From Lama guanicoe (taxonomy: Eukaryota), in the NCBI GenBank assembly GCA_013239625.1, contig MU053136.1:700017-764016 (forward strand): a stretch of 64,000 nt of DNA. Reading direction: 5' to 3'. The notes beneath the pieces were generated by a model. That model was not told where the DNA came from. It did not search any database and was given only the letters and a program-made list of their open reading frames with translations. Shown piece after piece: positions 23,249 through 36,797 of the stretch (position 1 is its first letter; every line of letters begins with the position of its first letter). The position numbers and the translations under genes are program-made.

Positions 23249-23266
23249 TGCCACTAGGTGGCGCGT
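23249..23266 (+). promoter_or_regulatory. CTCF core motif (CCACTAGGTGGCGC)
   Basis: Strong consensus match at 23251-23264, between the L1 5' end and RDH16. Confidence 0.55.
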
Positions 23267-25397
23267 GCCTCCCATCCAGGGTGCCCACTGCTCAGAGCTG
23301 CTGCCCCAGAACGGGTGCAGCTGCCCCTCCCAAGACTTCCGGGCAGAGATTTTAGTCCTTGAGCCTGCCTGCCACGGATTGCCTCTGAGAGACCTCTCCT
23401 GTCTCTAAAGCTTTCAGGTGAATGGGTGTCATCCTGGCTTCTTCTGTCTCTCACTGCTCTTTCCCAAGGTTCCTGGGGTCGTTCCCACGGGGGAATGGTC
23501 TGAGAGCCCTGAGGCCCCCAGGAAGTGGTTGTGGTGCTCTAGGGTCCCCAAGAGAGAAGCAGAGGACATGAGGGCTGGGACGGGTTTGCTTCGTCGTCTC
23601 TTGGAAATTTATGATGAAGGACTTTGTGGTCATTGAGGGAAAGATCTCTCGTCTCTTCCAAGAAAAGAAACCATGACCTTATCCCTCAGCAAAGTTTGTG
23701 TTTGCCTAGGGTTTACAGGTCACCCAGGCTTACTGAGAGTTTCCTGGGTGCCGTCCTCCCTCATGACCGTCTTCCTCCTCGCCCTCTGGGGAGCCCTTGT
23801 AGGAGAAGAAGGTCCTGCTAGTCACCCAGGACGCGGGGATGGGCTCGGGTCTGTCAGACCAGCCTTTGCCAGTTCTGCTACCAACTCCCACCTTGAGGGA
23901 CAGACACTTCCAGGACTACCATCGGTTCCCTGCAGAGAACAGTTACACCTAAAGGCTGAATCTGTGCCCCCGTGGGGATATTTCCTCTTCTGAGTGAGGT
24001 GAAGGGCAGTTGAGCCTCTGTATCTTTGCTGGAGACTCTCCTTCCCTCCTTATGCCCCTCGTCTGTCCTTACTTACCTGTCGCAGCTGTGACCGCTGTGG
24101 ACAGTGAGGAGATGCCCTGTGCAGGGAACCTGGCTGCTTCTGTCCCTGCCCCGGCCCCACGCAGCACCGTCCCCTGATGGACTCACCCCCTTTAATGACG
24201 GCATCCCCCACCACACCATGAAAGCCCCTCCGTGCGCAGCTGTCCTGGGGCCCAGTCTCCAGTCCTTTCTTTAGTCTCCTGTGAGGAAGGTCCTTCCACC
24301 TCTCCACAGTCTCCGTGATACAAACTAAAGAACCATCTTCCCAGTTATTGGGGTTACAGCCCTCCCTGCTTGGGGAAGTTAGCTTCATGTTTTTGGTCAT
24401 GGTTCAAGTCAGTCTTTTCTTCCTTTGGGGTCTCAGTATGTGAGTGGTCTGGATTCTGGGTGTGTGGCTGGGCAGGGCCAGGCTCAACCCAGGACGGGCA
24501 GAGGCAGCGTCGCCGGGCCCCCAGGGCTGTGGATGGGGCATCCTCAAGGAGGGAGAGAGGAACAGGTGTCAGACCAGTTCTGTGTCAGTCCCTCCATCAA
24601 CCCTCCCAGCATCTGGGACAAGTCTCACCACTGTGTGCGTCCCCCCCCCCCATTCTCTTCTTGTCCCCTGTCTTTGCCTCTGTGATCAGACTCCTCCACT
24701 GCTCTTCTGAGCCCCTTTCTCCCCCAGAGAACTACTTTATCAGGAAGAGCCCTTGGATTCTTTTGCCTTGTCCCTCTAATCCTAGAGGGGCTGACAGGGG
24801 ACGTAGTCATCGGGAGTGAATTCCGAGTGTTGAGCCAGAGGAGGAAAGGAGGCTCAGAGACTAAGTCAGCCACCCAAGGTCACACAGCTGGTTGGCAGCA
24901 GAGCTGGGTGTTGAAGCCACATGTGTCTTGATTCCAAGTGTATCCTCTTTGTAAGAATCCCCAGTAGGTCAGGGAGACGTGTGTCCCAGACTTGAGCAGG
25001 AGAAAGGGAGGAGGACAGTTGTGGAGCATGAGACCAAGACCATAAGTGTTCCTAAGCATGTGGGCGGTGGGGGGGGGTGTTGAGGGGGTGGACAGAGGGA
25101 AATAGGGAGGAGTGGGAAGACCAAGAAAGGGTGTTTGGAAAAGATCCTCAAGGGGTTGTTTGGAAAGGCAATGGTGTGGATTAGAATGGTGTCAGTGTAC
25201 CAAGGAGCATGCATTTGGGGCCAGAATCAACACTACTCACTAAACAGGTGAATAGGCCAAACTTGAGGATCCCATGCCAGAGAGCCTGGGGACTGGATGG
25301 CAAACCAGCTTGGTGTGTGTCCTTCAGTCCTCTTGTTGGAACACTAGGCAGACTCCAGCTTTACCCCAACCTGTCTGTGTGTGTCCCCTGCAAAGCT

Positions 25398-25710
25398 ATG
25401 TGGTTGTGCCTGGTGGTCCTGCTGGGCCTGTACCACCTCCTGCGCTGGTACCGGGAGAGGCAGGCGGTGAGCCACCTCTGGGACAAGTACGTCTTCATCA
25501 CGGGCTGTGACTCGGGCTTCGGGAACCTGCTGGCCAGGCAGCTGGACCTGCGAGGACTCAGGGTGCTGGCTGCGTGTCTGACCGAGAAGGGGGCCCAGCA
25601 GCTGAGGAAGCAGACGTCCGACAGGCTGGAGACGGTGATCCTGGATGTCACCAAGACAGAGAGCATCGCTGCGGCCACCCAGTGGGTGAAGGAGCGTGTG
25701 GGGGACAGAG
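25398..25710 (+). CDS. RDH16: RDH16-like retinol/sterol dehydrogenase, exon 1 of 4 (317 aa total)
   Basis: ATG 25398, hydrophobic N-terminus MWLCLVVLLGLY, Rossmann motif TGCDSGFG, donor GAG|GTATGG; 313 nt. Confidence 0.9.
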
Positions 25711-27304
25711 GTATGGCCCACATCTCTCAAGTCTGGTCTTGTCTCTCTGTAAGGGGAAGCCCTTGTCTGGTTCCTGGCGAAGATTCTCTCTGTGTTTTCC
25801 CACACCTGAAGCCCCACCTCATTCCACATGTCTCCCAGGGTAGTGGGGTGGGCGTGGGGCTCTGGCTGGAAGGGTGCACGGGTTGGGTGGGGCTGCCCTG
25901 GAGCACTTTAACATGTTCCTTCTGGTGACCCGTAATCATGTGTTTTGGGTTTAAATGTCACCCATTTCAGATGATGTAGCTGAGATCAGGACTCGTTCTA
26001 GGTCTAGCAGGGCCATCACTTTCTCTCTGTTTCCTGTTTTCCTTTTCTTCTTCTTCTTTTTCATTTCTAAATATTTTACAATTCTGCGTGTGTTTTACAA
26101 GGGAGGTAAAGAACTTCAATTTCTTTTATCTAAGTATAAACGTGAAACGTGATCATTGTGAAAAATCAGAAAATTTAGGGACAAAAATCACGTGCACTCA
26201 GTACCTCGCTACTTAGACACAAGTACTGTTAACATTTATATATGTGTGGTGTTAGGTTTTGCACATAGTTGTTATCCTGTTCATTTCATTTAATGAGCAT
26301 TTTAACAACATAATAAAATTGCTTCAAACACGTAATTTTAAAAGAATGAGAATATTCTATCCTTTTGAATAGCATTACTTACAAAAATACTATATTATGG
26401 TATGGTAAAAACATTACTTCCTCCTTTTTTGTTCATTCTATTCATCGTAAATGATGTTTGGTAAACTTTTCTTTACTCAAATCTCTACTCTGTCATCATG
26501 TATATTGACTGGTTCTTAGAAGTCAGAATCTGGTGAACGTCCCATAAGGGCAGGCCAGTTCCTGAGAGGCGGAGGGAGTGAACTGTGTGTGTCAATGCTT
26601 CTGCCACCCTTGCCCCTACTCCTCTGAATTCCTCCTTCTGCTCCCCTCAGTTCTGTTGGTTGGTAAGTCTTCAAGTCTTTGAGATTGTGTCTTTGGGTCT
26701 TCAAGAGAGGTTTCCGTGAAGCTGAGTGAACTGTACACTGAGGGGGGTTGGGCCAGAGTGGCCTCCTGTGTGGGTAGAAGAGAGGCTGGAAGAGAGGGTG
26801 GCACTTGCTGGGACAGGGGGTGAGTGCTGTATTGGGGGAGGCAGTAAGGAGGCATCCTTGCCTCCCCCTGAAAGCCTGCCTCTGGGGACTCCCCAGAGCC
26901 CTGCAGGAACATTGCTCAGTATTGATGCAGGGTGTCTGAGGGCTGGTCCTCTCAGACTCGACCTGTCTCCACAGTCCCCCAAACCTAGGGTTTCAGATCT
27001 GTTTACTCAACCAATCTGTACTCAGACATACAGGTGTGACAACGCAGAACTTAATTCTCGGTAGTCCAGACTGTGGACACAGCAGACTCCCTCCTCCTCA
27101 GCCCCTGCCTCCGTCAAAGCTGGGTGCTTGCGCGCTGCCCCCGGGCAGCGGGCTGGGCCAGGGGCCCCGAGTCCGGAGGAAGGCGCACCTGTCGTCCCGC
27201 ACTTACGGGGCTACTCTGCCCTGACCCCGGCAGCACGCTGCTATCTGTCCCAGCTGCTCCCCATGCAGCCTCTCTCCTAAAGCCGTCGCTGGACTGGAAG
27301 GTGA

Positions 27305-27745
<441 letters not shown>

Positions 27746-28392
27746 TAGAGTCTCTTTGCCCCAGAACCTTCTCTCTTGCTTTTGCCAGGCATTCACTGTG
27801 AAGCTCCTTTTAAGTTCTTGGTATCAGGATGGGCTCTAGGAGTATAGAGATCAAGTGAATGTACCTCTGCGCTGGAGGAGGGCCCAGAATTGGAAAGTGA
27901 GGCAGAATTGTCACCAATATAGCTTGACTACAGGGTGTCCATATACATCACTACTGTGCTGCGAGGTTGGGGGGAGCCTGGGAGGCAGTGTGACCCCGTG
28001 GAAGCAGTTAATCAAGGGAGCTAATTAATTGTATCAGTGGTAGAGAGTCTAGTGGCTGCAGGGCTGGGGGTGGCTTGAGTGTGGGGTGGGGAGTGACCCC
28101 AGGTAGGGAGACGCTTCTCAGAGGACATTCTGACAGCCCAGCGGATGGATGGCCAGGGAGCTGACTGGTGAGGAGAGGAGAGAGGAAACTGAGGAGTGTG
28201 GAGGAGGTAAATTGTACAAAGCCCGGGGACTGGCTGGGTGCCAGGTGAATATGAGGAGATAGCATTTAAGGGGCACCTTGCGGCACAACTGGTAAGATTG
28301 GGAAGTATAAGCACATGTATGGAAAATCTTGGGAAAACGTTTCTCCCGCTGGCCCTCTGACGTTCTTGCCTTTATGCCTGTCTGCACTGCAG

Positions 28393-28556
28393 GAGGGAGC
28401 TCTCCCACTTTGGGGTGAAGGTGGCTATGATCGAGCCCGGTTTCTTCAGCACCAATATAACCGATGTGGAGGCATTTTCTCAGAGTGTCCGGACAGCATG
28501 GGATCAGGCCAGCCCAGAGGTCAAGGAACTCTATGGAGAGACGTTCGTGTCCACCT
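28393..28556 (+). CDS. RDH16: RDH16-like exon 3
   Basis: 164-nt exon RELSHFGVKVAMIEPGFF..., donor GTGAGT, frame preserved. Confidence 0.92.
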
Positions 28557-29097
28557 GTGAGTGAGCTGTGGACCTCGGGGAGAGAAGCAAACCCTTGTCT
28601 GGAAGCCTGGGTCATCATTAGTGCCCCCTCCAGGCTCAGGTCCATCCTCCACACTCTGAACCCCATCCCCCAACAGTGGGGACATCCCCAGGGTCCCATG
28701 TGGTGAACTGGTGACCCAAGGAATGTATCCAGGCCTTGTACACCCGGGGACCACTGTCTCCTCTTACCTCTTATTTGGGGATGAAATTGAGCCAAGGAGG
28801 GAAGACATCCACGTACTCATGGCAGGATGGTGTTAGGGCCAGGCTGGCTTAGGCACCTAGATTTCCAGTGTTTGTGGAGAGCTCCGGTTTATGCGGTGCA
28901 CACATTCCCAGGAGTCGAGGCGGAGGGGGCTAGTGAGGACTGTGACAGTGGGGTAAGACTGAGGACACGCTCGAGTGAAACCCATGAATTGCATTTGGAG
29001 TGTAAGTGCTTTTTTAGGAACTTTTTTCTTTAGTGTATCTGAAAAGTGGGAGGGTTGAGACCTGAGAATAATTTGGATGGTGTCTCCCTCTGAACAG

Positions 29098-29315
29098 TCC
29101 TGGAGTCACTTGAAACACTGAAACCAAGATGGTCCAAGAATCTGTCCTTGGTGACGAACTGCATGGAGCACGCCCTGACCGCCTGCCACCCCCGCACGCG
29201 ATACTCCTGTGGCTGGGATGCCAAGCTCTTCTACCTCCCCATGAGCTACATGCCCACCTTCCTGGTGGATTTCTTGGCCTACTGGAGCTCCCCAAGGCCT
29301 GCTCAGGCCCTGTAG
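29098..29315 (+). CDS. RDH16: RDH16-like exon 4
   Basis: 218 nt to TAG: ...[35 protein letters not shown]...; spliced CDS 954 nt = 317 aa; AATAAA at 29920-29925. Confidence 0.92.
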
Positions 29316-30878
29316 CCCCAAACTAGGGTGCGTGGGGGGGCGGGGTACTATGTGAGGGAGGGGATGCGTCAGTGAAGGGAAATGCAGTGGAGAGGGGATC
29401 TCGTGTCACCAGGGAGACCTGCCTCTCCTCCCTCTCCACCTCCTCCCCAGTCTTCCCGTGGGACATTACTGAGGACGCTGGGGATATTAGGAGGAAGGAA
29501 CCAAGTTTTGTGGTGAGGAACAGGGACCAATAGTTCATTTCTGTGTCTAGTTTCTTGATCAGTCCCTTAAGGCTCTGAGCCTTATGGCCCTCCTGCCACC
29601 CTGAGGAATCCACACGTTTTGGGGGGTGTGAGCTGCTGGAAGTGCATCAGCCCCCTCCCCCCTGCCCCTGTCCACCCCTGCTGGGGTGCCTTGGCCCTGG
29701 CCAGCCTCCCCCTCCCACAGGGTAGAAATGGCCTTGGGGAGGTAAAAGCCTCTCTTCCTTGATGACACCTGTGGACAGGGGTGAGGGGGGCAACCGCCAG
29801 CCTGGCACATCAGGCCAGGGTGAGGGGGTGTCCTCAACAGGGGTCCTGACACAAGACACAGATACCAACTTTTGATTTGTCATGAAACCATGCATTTCCA
29901 ATTATTATTTTTTCCTTAAAATAAAAGTTGGAATGTTTACCCAGGCCAGTGATTGGGACCAGGGCCCTGGGGAGCAGCGGGCTGTGGATCCAGGAGAGGA
30001 AGAGTCCGGTGCCTTCACAGAGGGGAAGGATGAGCGGATGGCCTGAGGAGGGGTTTGAAGAGGGAAGTGAAATCATCGCTTCTTCCACAGACGTGAGGGT
30101 ATAATATATAATAACAATCTTTCCACGGTTTGTCAAGGGACCTGGGTCACGGGGTTAGAGCCAAGGATGGACCCAGGGAGAGGTGTCTTAGGACTGCAGG
30201 GCCCAGACCCTTCCCTGGCAACGTGTAGCCTCTGGCTCCCCAGAAGCCTTTCTGTGGCCCTCCCTCTGTCCCCTCCTTTCAAGTCACTGTCTTCCATCCT
30301 TTGCCATCCCCGCGTTGCCCAACCTAGATCCCCTCCCTGACCCTCAAGGGGAGGGGAGTTAATTCTGTACCCCAGTCTTACGTTTTCTGCTAACCTTTAC
30401 TGAGCACCTACTGTGTGCTGGGCAGGAATTCCCTTGGTTTCCCAGGGCTTCCCGACTCTGCGTCACTGCTGCTTTCATGATGCTCTGAGTATGGACTCAA
30501 TGGAGAAGTCATTGGCACAGAGTCATACAGATTTCCAGGCTGAGTACAAATTTCAGTTGGGAGGTATCTTCCAGTCATCTTAACTCACCTTCCTCATTAT
30601 AAAAATGAGGTTATGCGGACTTTGGGGAATTTTATGCCTTTGAACAATATTTTATATTATATACCTTAAAAAGCATTGACTTATTCAGTCATTTGAAATG
30701 TCATCTAAGTAAACATTTACTGAGTGGGTTTGACATAAATGCAGACAGTGTGAACTGTAAGATCTAGATCAGAGGGGCCTCCAGTGTGAACAGGAAGATA
30801 CCTGAGGACCCCTCGACAGAGGGTGAGTGACAGAACTTGAGTACAACTTTAGCCTTCAGGCACTGTTCTCCGTGAGCC

Positions 30879-33712
30879 GTGTGGCTGTGCCCGGCGGCCC
30901 TGATGGGCCTGTGCCACCTCCTGCTCTGGTACCGGGAGAGGCAGGTGGTGAGCCACCTCTGGGACAAGTACGTCTTCATCACGGGCTGTGACTCGGGCTT
31001 CGGGAACCTGCTGGCCAGGCAGCTGGACCTGCGAGGACTCAGGGTGCTGGCTGCGTGTCTGACCGAGAAGGGGGCCCAGCAGCTGAGGAAGCAGATGTCC
31101 GACAGGCTGGAGACGGTGATCCCGGATGTCACCAGGACAGAGAGCATCGCTGCGGCCACCCAGTGGGTGAAGGAGCGCTTAGGGGCAGAGATACACCCGG
31201 ACTTCTTTTGTGTTTGTTTATTTCTTCTCTCTGAGCAAGAGGAACTCTCTTCTGCTCACTGGGAAGATCCCGAAGATGCTTTGATTTTCAAAGCCTTGCC
31301 CTTTCCTTGAAACTGATGCAGGGTGTTTCAGAGTCTGCCCCCTGATGTCCAATGCAGAGCTATTCTCTAGATTCTTCTGCCCTGGGTTTTCAAGTGTGCT
31401 TCTCCCAGACAGATTTTAGAAAGTGATTATTCATGTTTTTTTCTTTCCTTTTTCTCCTTTATTTCTTTTAAAAAAAATTTCCATTTTCCTTTCTCTTCTC
31501 TAGCTTTCCCTTCCTTTCTGTTTCTTACTCTTCCTCCTGCCTGTCTTTGTCTTTCTCCTATATGAGAAATATTCAAACTCTATCCGGAAGCAATAACCAT
31601 CATCATGAGATTTGTGAGCCCCATTCTACGTTCCCAAACTGTCTATGCATTTAGTTAAGATGGTTTTATTGCCTACTGAATGTAAGCAGTGGTAGAGCCC
31701 GTGCTCAGCATGCACAAGGTCCTGAGTTCAATCCCCAGTGCCTCCATGGAAAATAAATGAATAAAAATCTAATAACCCCCCCCTCCAAAAGAAGCCCCAA
31801 ACCAAACAAACAAACACGCACAAAAAACCCAGATACTTCTTTGCGATTTCTAAGAGTACACGATAAGTGTGTTGGGGACAAGAAGATTTGGTCTTTACCT
31901 GAAAAGTCTGACAGCTGAGAAAGGGACAGGAGATACAGAAATGTTGATCCCTTATGACCATCCCTTATGATGGTCATGACTAAGTTAGCCATGGTGGCCT
32001 TGGTAGGCAGCAGAATGAGGGGAGGGTCTGGGAGATAGGGACTGAGCTGAGGATTGACGAACTGAACTTGGGAACCTGGCAACCTGACGAAGTAGAGTGG
32101 GAAGACTTTCTGAGTGAGGGGATAGTGTCAGCCTAGGCCTAGGATGAGTAATGGTTGAACACTTATGCTGTGGGGTCCCTCAGGGGCAGGCAGAAATGAA
32201 CGAGTGGGATTATGGAGGGCTGTGGATCCCAGACAGACTATGGATCATTATGCTGTTTCCAATGGAACCCCATGGAAGGACTTTTATCAGGGGAGCTATA
32301 ATAATTGAATAAACCTCTAGAGAACCTACTGGCTGCAGAGCAGAGGATGGCTCAGAATGTGGGGCCCTGAGACCGTAGGTAGGGAGATGCTCCTTAGACA
32401 ACAGTTAAAATAACCCAGCTGACTGGTGGCCAGGTTGTTGACTAGAGCAGAAGAGGGGAGGAGGAGTGTGGAGGAGGTAAGGTGGGAAACTCCGGTGATT
32501 GGATAGATGTGAGGGGAATAGGAGGAGATAGCATATAAGTGGCGCTGAGCAGCACGGCTGGTAGGATTTAGAGCTGATAAGCACACGTATGTGAAATATT
32601 TCAAAAAATATTCAAACTCTATACAGAAGCAGTAACCGCCATCATAAGTTTTCTCTCCTTGGCTGCTGTGTTTCACAACTCCCTGACCTTTCAAACTTAA
32701 CCACCCCAGTCTGCGGTGAGGTTTTATTGATTTTGTTTGGCTCCCGTGGTGGCTGAAGACCTTGCCACTCTGCCTCTTGGCTAGCATACAGGAGCTCTCC
32801 TACTCTGGGATGACGTGGCTATGACTGAGTCTGGTTACTGTAAGACCAATATGACCAGCCCTGAGATGTTTTGGGGGGCTTACGGGCAGCATTGTACTGG
32901 TCCATCCCAGAGGTCTAAGGGGAAACGTTCTTAGCAGCAGGTGAGTGAGCCATGGACCTTGGGGAGAGAAGCAATCATTTCTCTGGAAGCCTGGGTCCAT
33001 CATTAGTACCTCCTCCAGTCTCAGGTCCATTCTCCAGGCTCTGACTCCCCCACGCAATGGAGACATGAGCTCCACCCCCAGGTCCTGTGTGGTCAACTGG
33101 TGACCTAAGGAAAGGATCTAGGCCTTGTAGACCCGAGCACCACTGTCTCATACAAACCCCTTGCTATTTTGGGAAGAAACTGTAAGCCTTAGAGGGATGA
33201 TATCCATGGACTCGTGGCAAACTGACATTAGAGCAGCTGGTTTTCATGTGCTTAGGTTTCTAATGTTTGTAGCAACATCCAATATGTATCAGATATTCTC
33301 AGAAATATGGCCAGAGGTCACTTAGTGTGGAACAGTTGTTCCTGTGGGAAGAATTTGGGCACTTCTTGGGAGATTTGGATGGGTTTGGGGTAGGGGGTGG
33401 CCAGGAATTCTTTGAAGCTTTCTTCCCATATTAGAGCTGTGAATTGGAGAGGAGGGATGTGGAAGTATATAAGGCAACTCTCTCATCCTGAACAGACATC
33501 AAAATAATAAAGTATTTTGAAACACTGCAAGTTGATTCTCTGTGCTTAGTCATGGACTTCACAGACATGCTCTGACCAGCTGCCTCCCACGCGTCTGATA
33601 CTCACCTGGCTGGGATGTCAAGCTCATCTCCCTCCCCACGAGCTACATGCCCTCCTTCCTGGTGGATGTCATGGTTGACTTGAGCTCCCCGAGGCCTGCC
33701 AGGGCCCTGTGA
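30879..33712 (+). pseudogene. RDH16-like unprocessed pseudogene (tandem duplicate)
   Basis: Exon 1 copy about 30879-31190 with GTG in place of ATG and donor GT changed to AT; no exon 2 found; degenerate exon 3 (about 32791-32940) and exon 4 (33496-33712) with indels and stops; introns and 3' flank similar to the intact gene. Confidence 0.88.
31687..31830 (+). mobile_element. tRNA-derived SINE, 5'-truncated, resembling camelid Vic-1
   Basis: cagtggtagag...gcatgcacaaggtcctGAGTTCAATCCccagtgcctcc (B box) followed by an A-rich tail. Confidence 0.7.
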
Positions 33713-36308
33713 AGTCAAGACAGGGGTATTTGTGGGGTCAAGTTGGGTGCCATGTGAGGGCATGATGCTTGGGGATGCTCATGACGAGGGAAATAGGGTA
33801 GAGAAAGAGATCTTCTCATCTCTAAGGTCACGTAGCTCTCCTTCCTTCTAATCTCTGCTCCAAGCTTCTCCTGAGACTCTGGGGATATTAGGAAGAAGGG
33901 GCCTAGATCTGTGGCTGAGGAACAGAACTCCAATAGAACACGCCTGTGCGCTCTTCCTTGAGCAGCCTCTCAAGGCTCTGAGCCTCATGACCCTCCTGCC
34001 AGCCTGAGCGATCTACACTTTTTGGAGGGTGTGAGCAGGTGGCAGGGGCTCAGCCTCACCTGCTCTGCCTCTCTTCGCCTCCTCAGGATGTGTGCTGGGT
34101 TTCCTTATCCCATGGGATGAAAATGGCCTGGAGGAGGCAAAGTCTCCGTTCTCCACGGAAAACACCTGTGAAGAGGGGTTGGGGATGCACAACCACCAGC
34201 CTGACCCAACAGCCTCATGTGCCAACCAAAGAGAGGCCAGCCATTGAAGTGGCAGCATCCTCAGTCCTAGGAGGAGAGCCTTCTGTGTGGTCCTGCAGCC
34301 CTCCCATCCCCCATTCCATGGCCTGAATTTTCTGATGTTGGGAGTTTGAGTCCAGGGATTGCCACCTGGAGTCAGCAGAGAGGCCCATGAGATGGTAAGT
34401 CAGGCCCAGACCTGTGCTGGGGCAGTTCCAAGTCATCCTTTTTCAGATCTAGAGCCAGCCCTTGGCTCTCACCTCTCTTCTCAAGAGCTGGGACAGTCCT
34501 AGTCTGACTCAACCCTTGAGTGACGTTGTCTGACTTCTCTCAGCTGAGACTTCCTCGTTCACCCACCCAGGAGGCAGGATGCTGAGTGGCCTCCCAGGCT
34601 CACTGTAGGCGGTGCTGTGCCTTGGGGTGGGTATGAAGTAGGTCAGGTTAGCCTCCACCTCCCGCCTCCACCTCCCACCTCCACAGCCTACAGGCTTTGG
34701 GTCTGCTCCCCAGGGCTGTGTTCATGAACCGACACCCTCCCTCGCAAATCCTACCACCCTTGTACAGAACGGCCAAACTCTCCAAGGTTTCCCAAGGTGA
34801 CACTTGCTTTATCTGATTCTGGAGCTGCCCGGTCTTGGTAGCTAGCGGAGCATGGAGATGCATCCTTGTCCCTTTCCTCTAGAGAACTTTGTGGCCCCAT
34901 TTTTGCGTCAGATCCTCTAGAAGGGAGGGTGTAGGCAGTTGGTCCTGAGTCCCTCAGGACAAGCTGGCGACCAGGCTCATCCTGAGGAATGCTGACCCTA
35001 GAGGTTTAATCCAAAGAACAGTGGTAGACTCCAGCACCATTCTGTCCAATATTTTATGCAACCCTGGTGTGGTGCCTCCTGGCTCGCCCCTCTGTCTCAT
35101 TTCCTTGCTTCCTTTTCCTTATCAGCTTCCCTTCTACGTTTCTGTGAGTTCTTTGCCCCTTTGCCTAGAATCTCTCTTTTCCCCCCACGTCCTGACCCTG
35201 AGAATTTTCCAAGTCTCTGGCCCCAGTTCTCTGCTCCTCCCACGTGTCATCCCCTCTCAGAGCCAAGGACTCAGCCCCAGGCCCTTCCTGCAGCTGCCCA
35301 GGGAACTCGTAACCCACCTTCATCATCCAGCCGGACACCAGTCTCAATCAGACTGTTCATATCAGAGTCCTCAATTCTCCTGACTTCTCCTGCCACCTGT
35401 GGTTCCACCTGCCATCAGCCCCATACCTGAGAATCACTTTGACTCCTGGCCTTCTTTCCCTCTGCACATTCCATTAGCCACTGTGTCAGCTGACTTAGTA
35501 AACCTTTCCTTCCACTGACATCCTCCACACACCGCACCATCAGGCTCCTTAGCTCAGCAGATCACCTAGAATGTGCCTGGTCCTGGACGTAGAAGAAAAT
35601 GCCCAGTGGGGTCCTTGCCTGGGGGAGCTAATGTGTCCCTCCATTTGCCTGGTTGCTGGGTGGTGGGATGCTGGGCTCACTTGGAGTGCAGTGAGGGCTT
35701 CTTGTTGGTGGCCTGAGTATGACCTCCAAGGACCCAGGCCCTGAGCCCCTCAGGGCTTTCTGCTTTCTGGGAGTTGGGGCCTCAAATAACCAGCCTCCCT
35801 TATAGGAGGGTCTGCTGCCTCTGACCTCAGGATAATAGAGGCTCATGTACTCTGGGGGAGACCCTTTATTTCTCATCATCTCTTGTAATGGAGACTCACC
35901 TAAGGGCAGAGAATGTCAAAGTGCTGATAACCTGGGATTCACTTCTCTTGGGGGCTGGAGGGCACAAACCCCATTCTGTTTGTTTTACATGAATGAATTT
36001 TTCTTAATTTTTCCACTGAAAATAAAAATTAAGTTTATTTACATGTCTGCATTCAAAACAAAGGATTTTGACCCCTGGGCTAGAGGTGGAGGATTTCCGG
36101 GGAGGTTCTCTGGGCTGAGTCCTCCTTTTCCATTCCTCTGCTCAGACCACCCAGGCGAGCCACCTCTCAGCGCCAACGTCCCCACTGGGGTTTTTCCCAT
36201 CCTCGGCACCTTCACCTGTCAGGCCTAGAGGAGAGAAAGAGGCAACCACTAGGGCTGTCTGAAGTGACAAAGCTTCAGGTTGGACTTGAATTTCTTGCAG
36301 CTAGGCTA

Positions 36309-36338
36309 ATTGGTGCGCTGATGCATCCACCTATAAAA
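36309..36338 (+). promoter_or_regulatory. SDR9C7: SDR9C7 core promoter (inverted CCAAT plus TATA box)
   Basis: ATTGG 36309-36313 and TATAAAA 36332-36338, about 160 nt upstream of the ATG. Confidence 0.6.
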
Positions 36339-36496
36339 ATTAGAGTGGTTTACGCAGGGTCAGTGCATCTGTTGGCAGCAGTGGAAGGGAGGAGAGCTCT
36401 TCTCAGCGGGTTCCAGCAAACTGGGGCTCAGAGGACCAGCCTCTCTCACTGTTTCCTGAGCCTGATTCTTCTCGGCCATCACCTCCCCACTGCCCT

Positions 36497-36797
36497 ATGG
36501 CGGCTGACGCGGGCCTCTCCTTCATGTACCGCTGGTTCAAGAACTGCAATCTGGTCCGCAACCTCTCGGACAAGTACGTCTTCATCACGGGCTGTGACTC
36601 TGGCTTCGGGAACCTCCTGGCCAGGCAGCTGGTTGATCGGGGTATGCGGGTGCTGGCGGCTTGCTATACTGAGGAGGGGGCCTGGAAGCTTCAGCAGGAT
36701 ACTGCCTACCGGCTGCAGACCACCCTGCTGGATGTCACCAAGACTGAGAGCATCCAGGCGGCGGCCCAGTGGGTGAGGGACCAAGTGGGTGAGCAAG
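36497..36797 (+). CDS. SDR9C7: SDR family 9C member 7, exon 1 of 4 (313 aa total)
   Basis: [20 protein letters not shown]...TGCDSGFG; donor AAG|GTGGGA; 301 nt. Confidence 0.93.

Noticed and set aside
25209..25397. Upstream in-frame extension of RDH16 exon 1
   Set aside because: Family N-terminus (MWL...) and the 317-aa length fit ATG 25398; the extension is probably promoter or 5' UTR
31687..31745. tRNA-like sequence
   Set aside because: SINE head with an A-rich tail and no complete cloverleaf; not a tRNA gene
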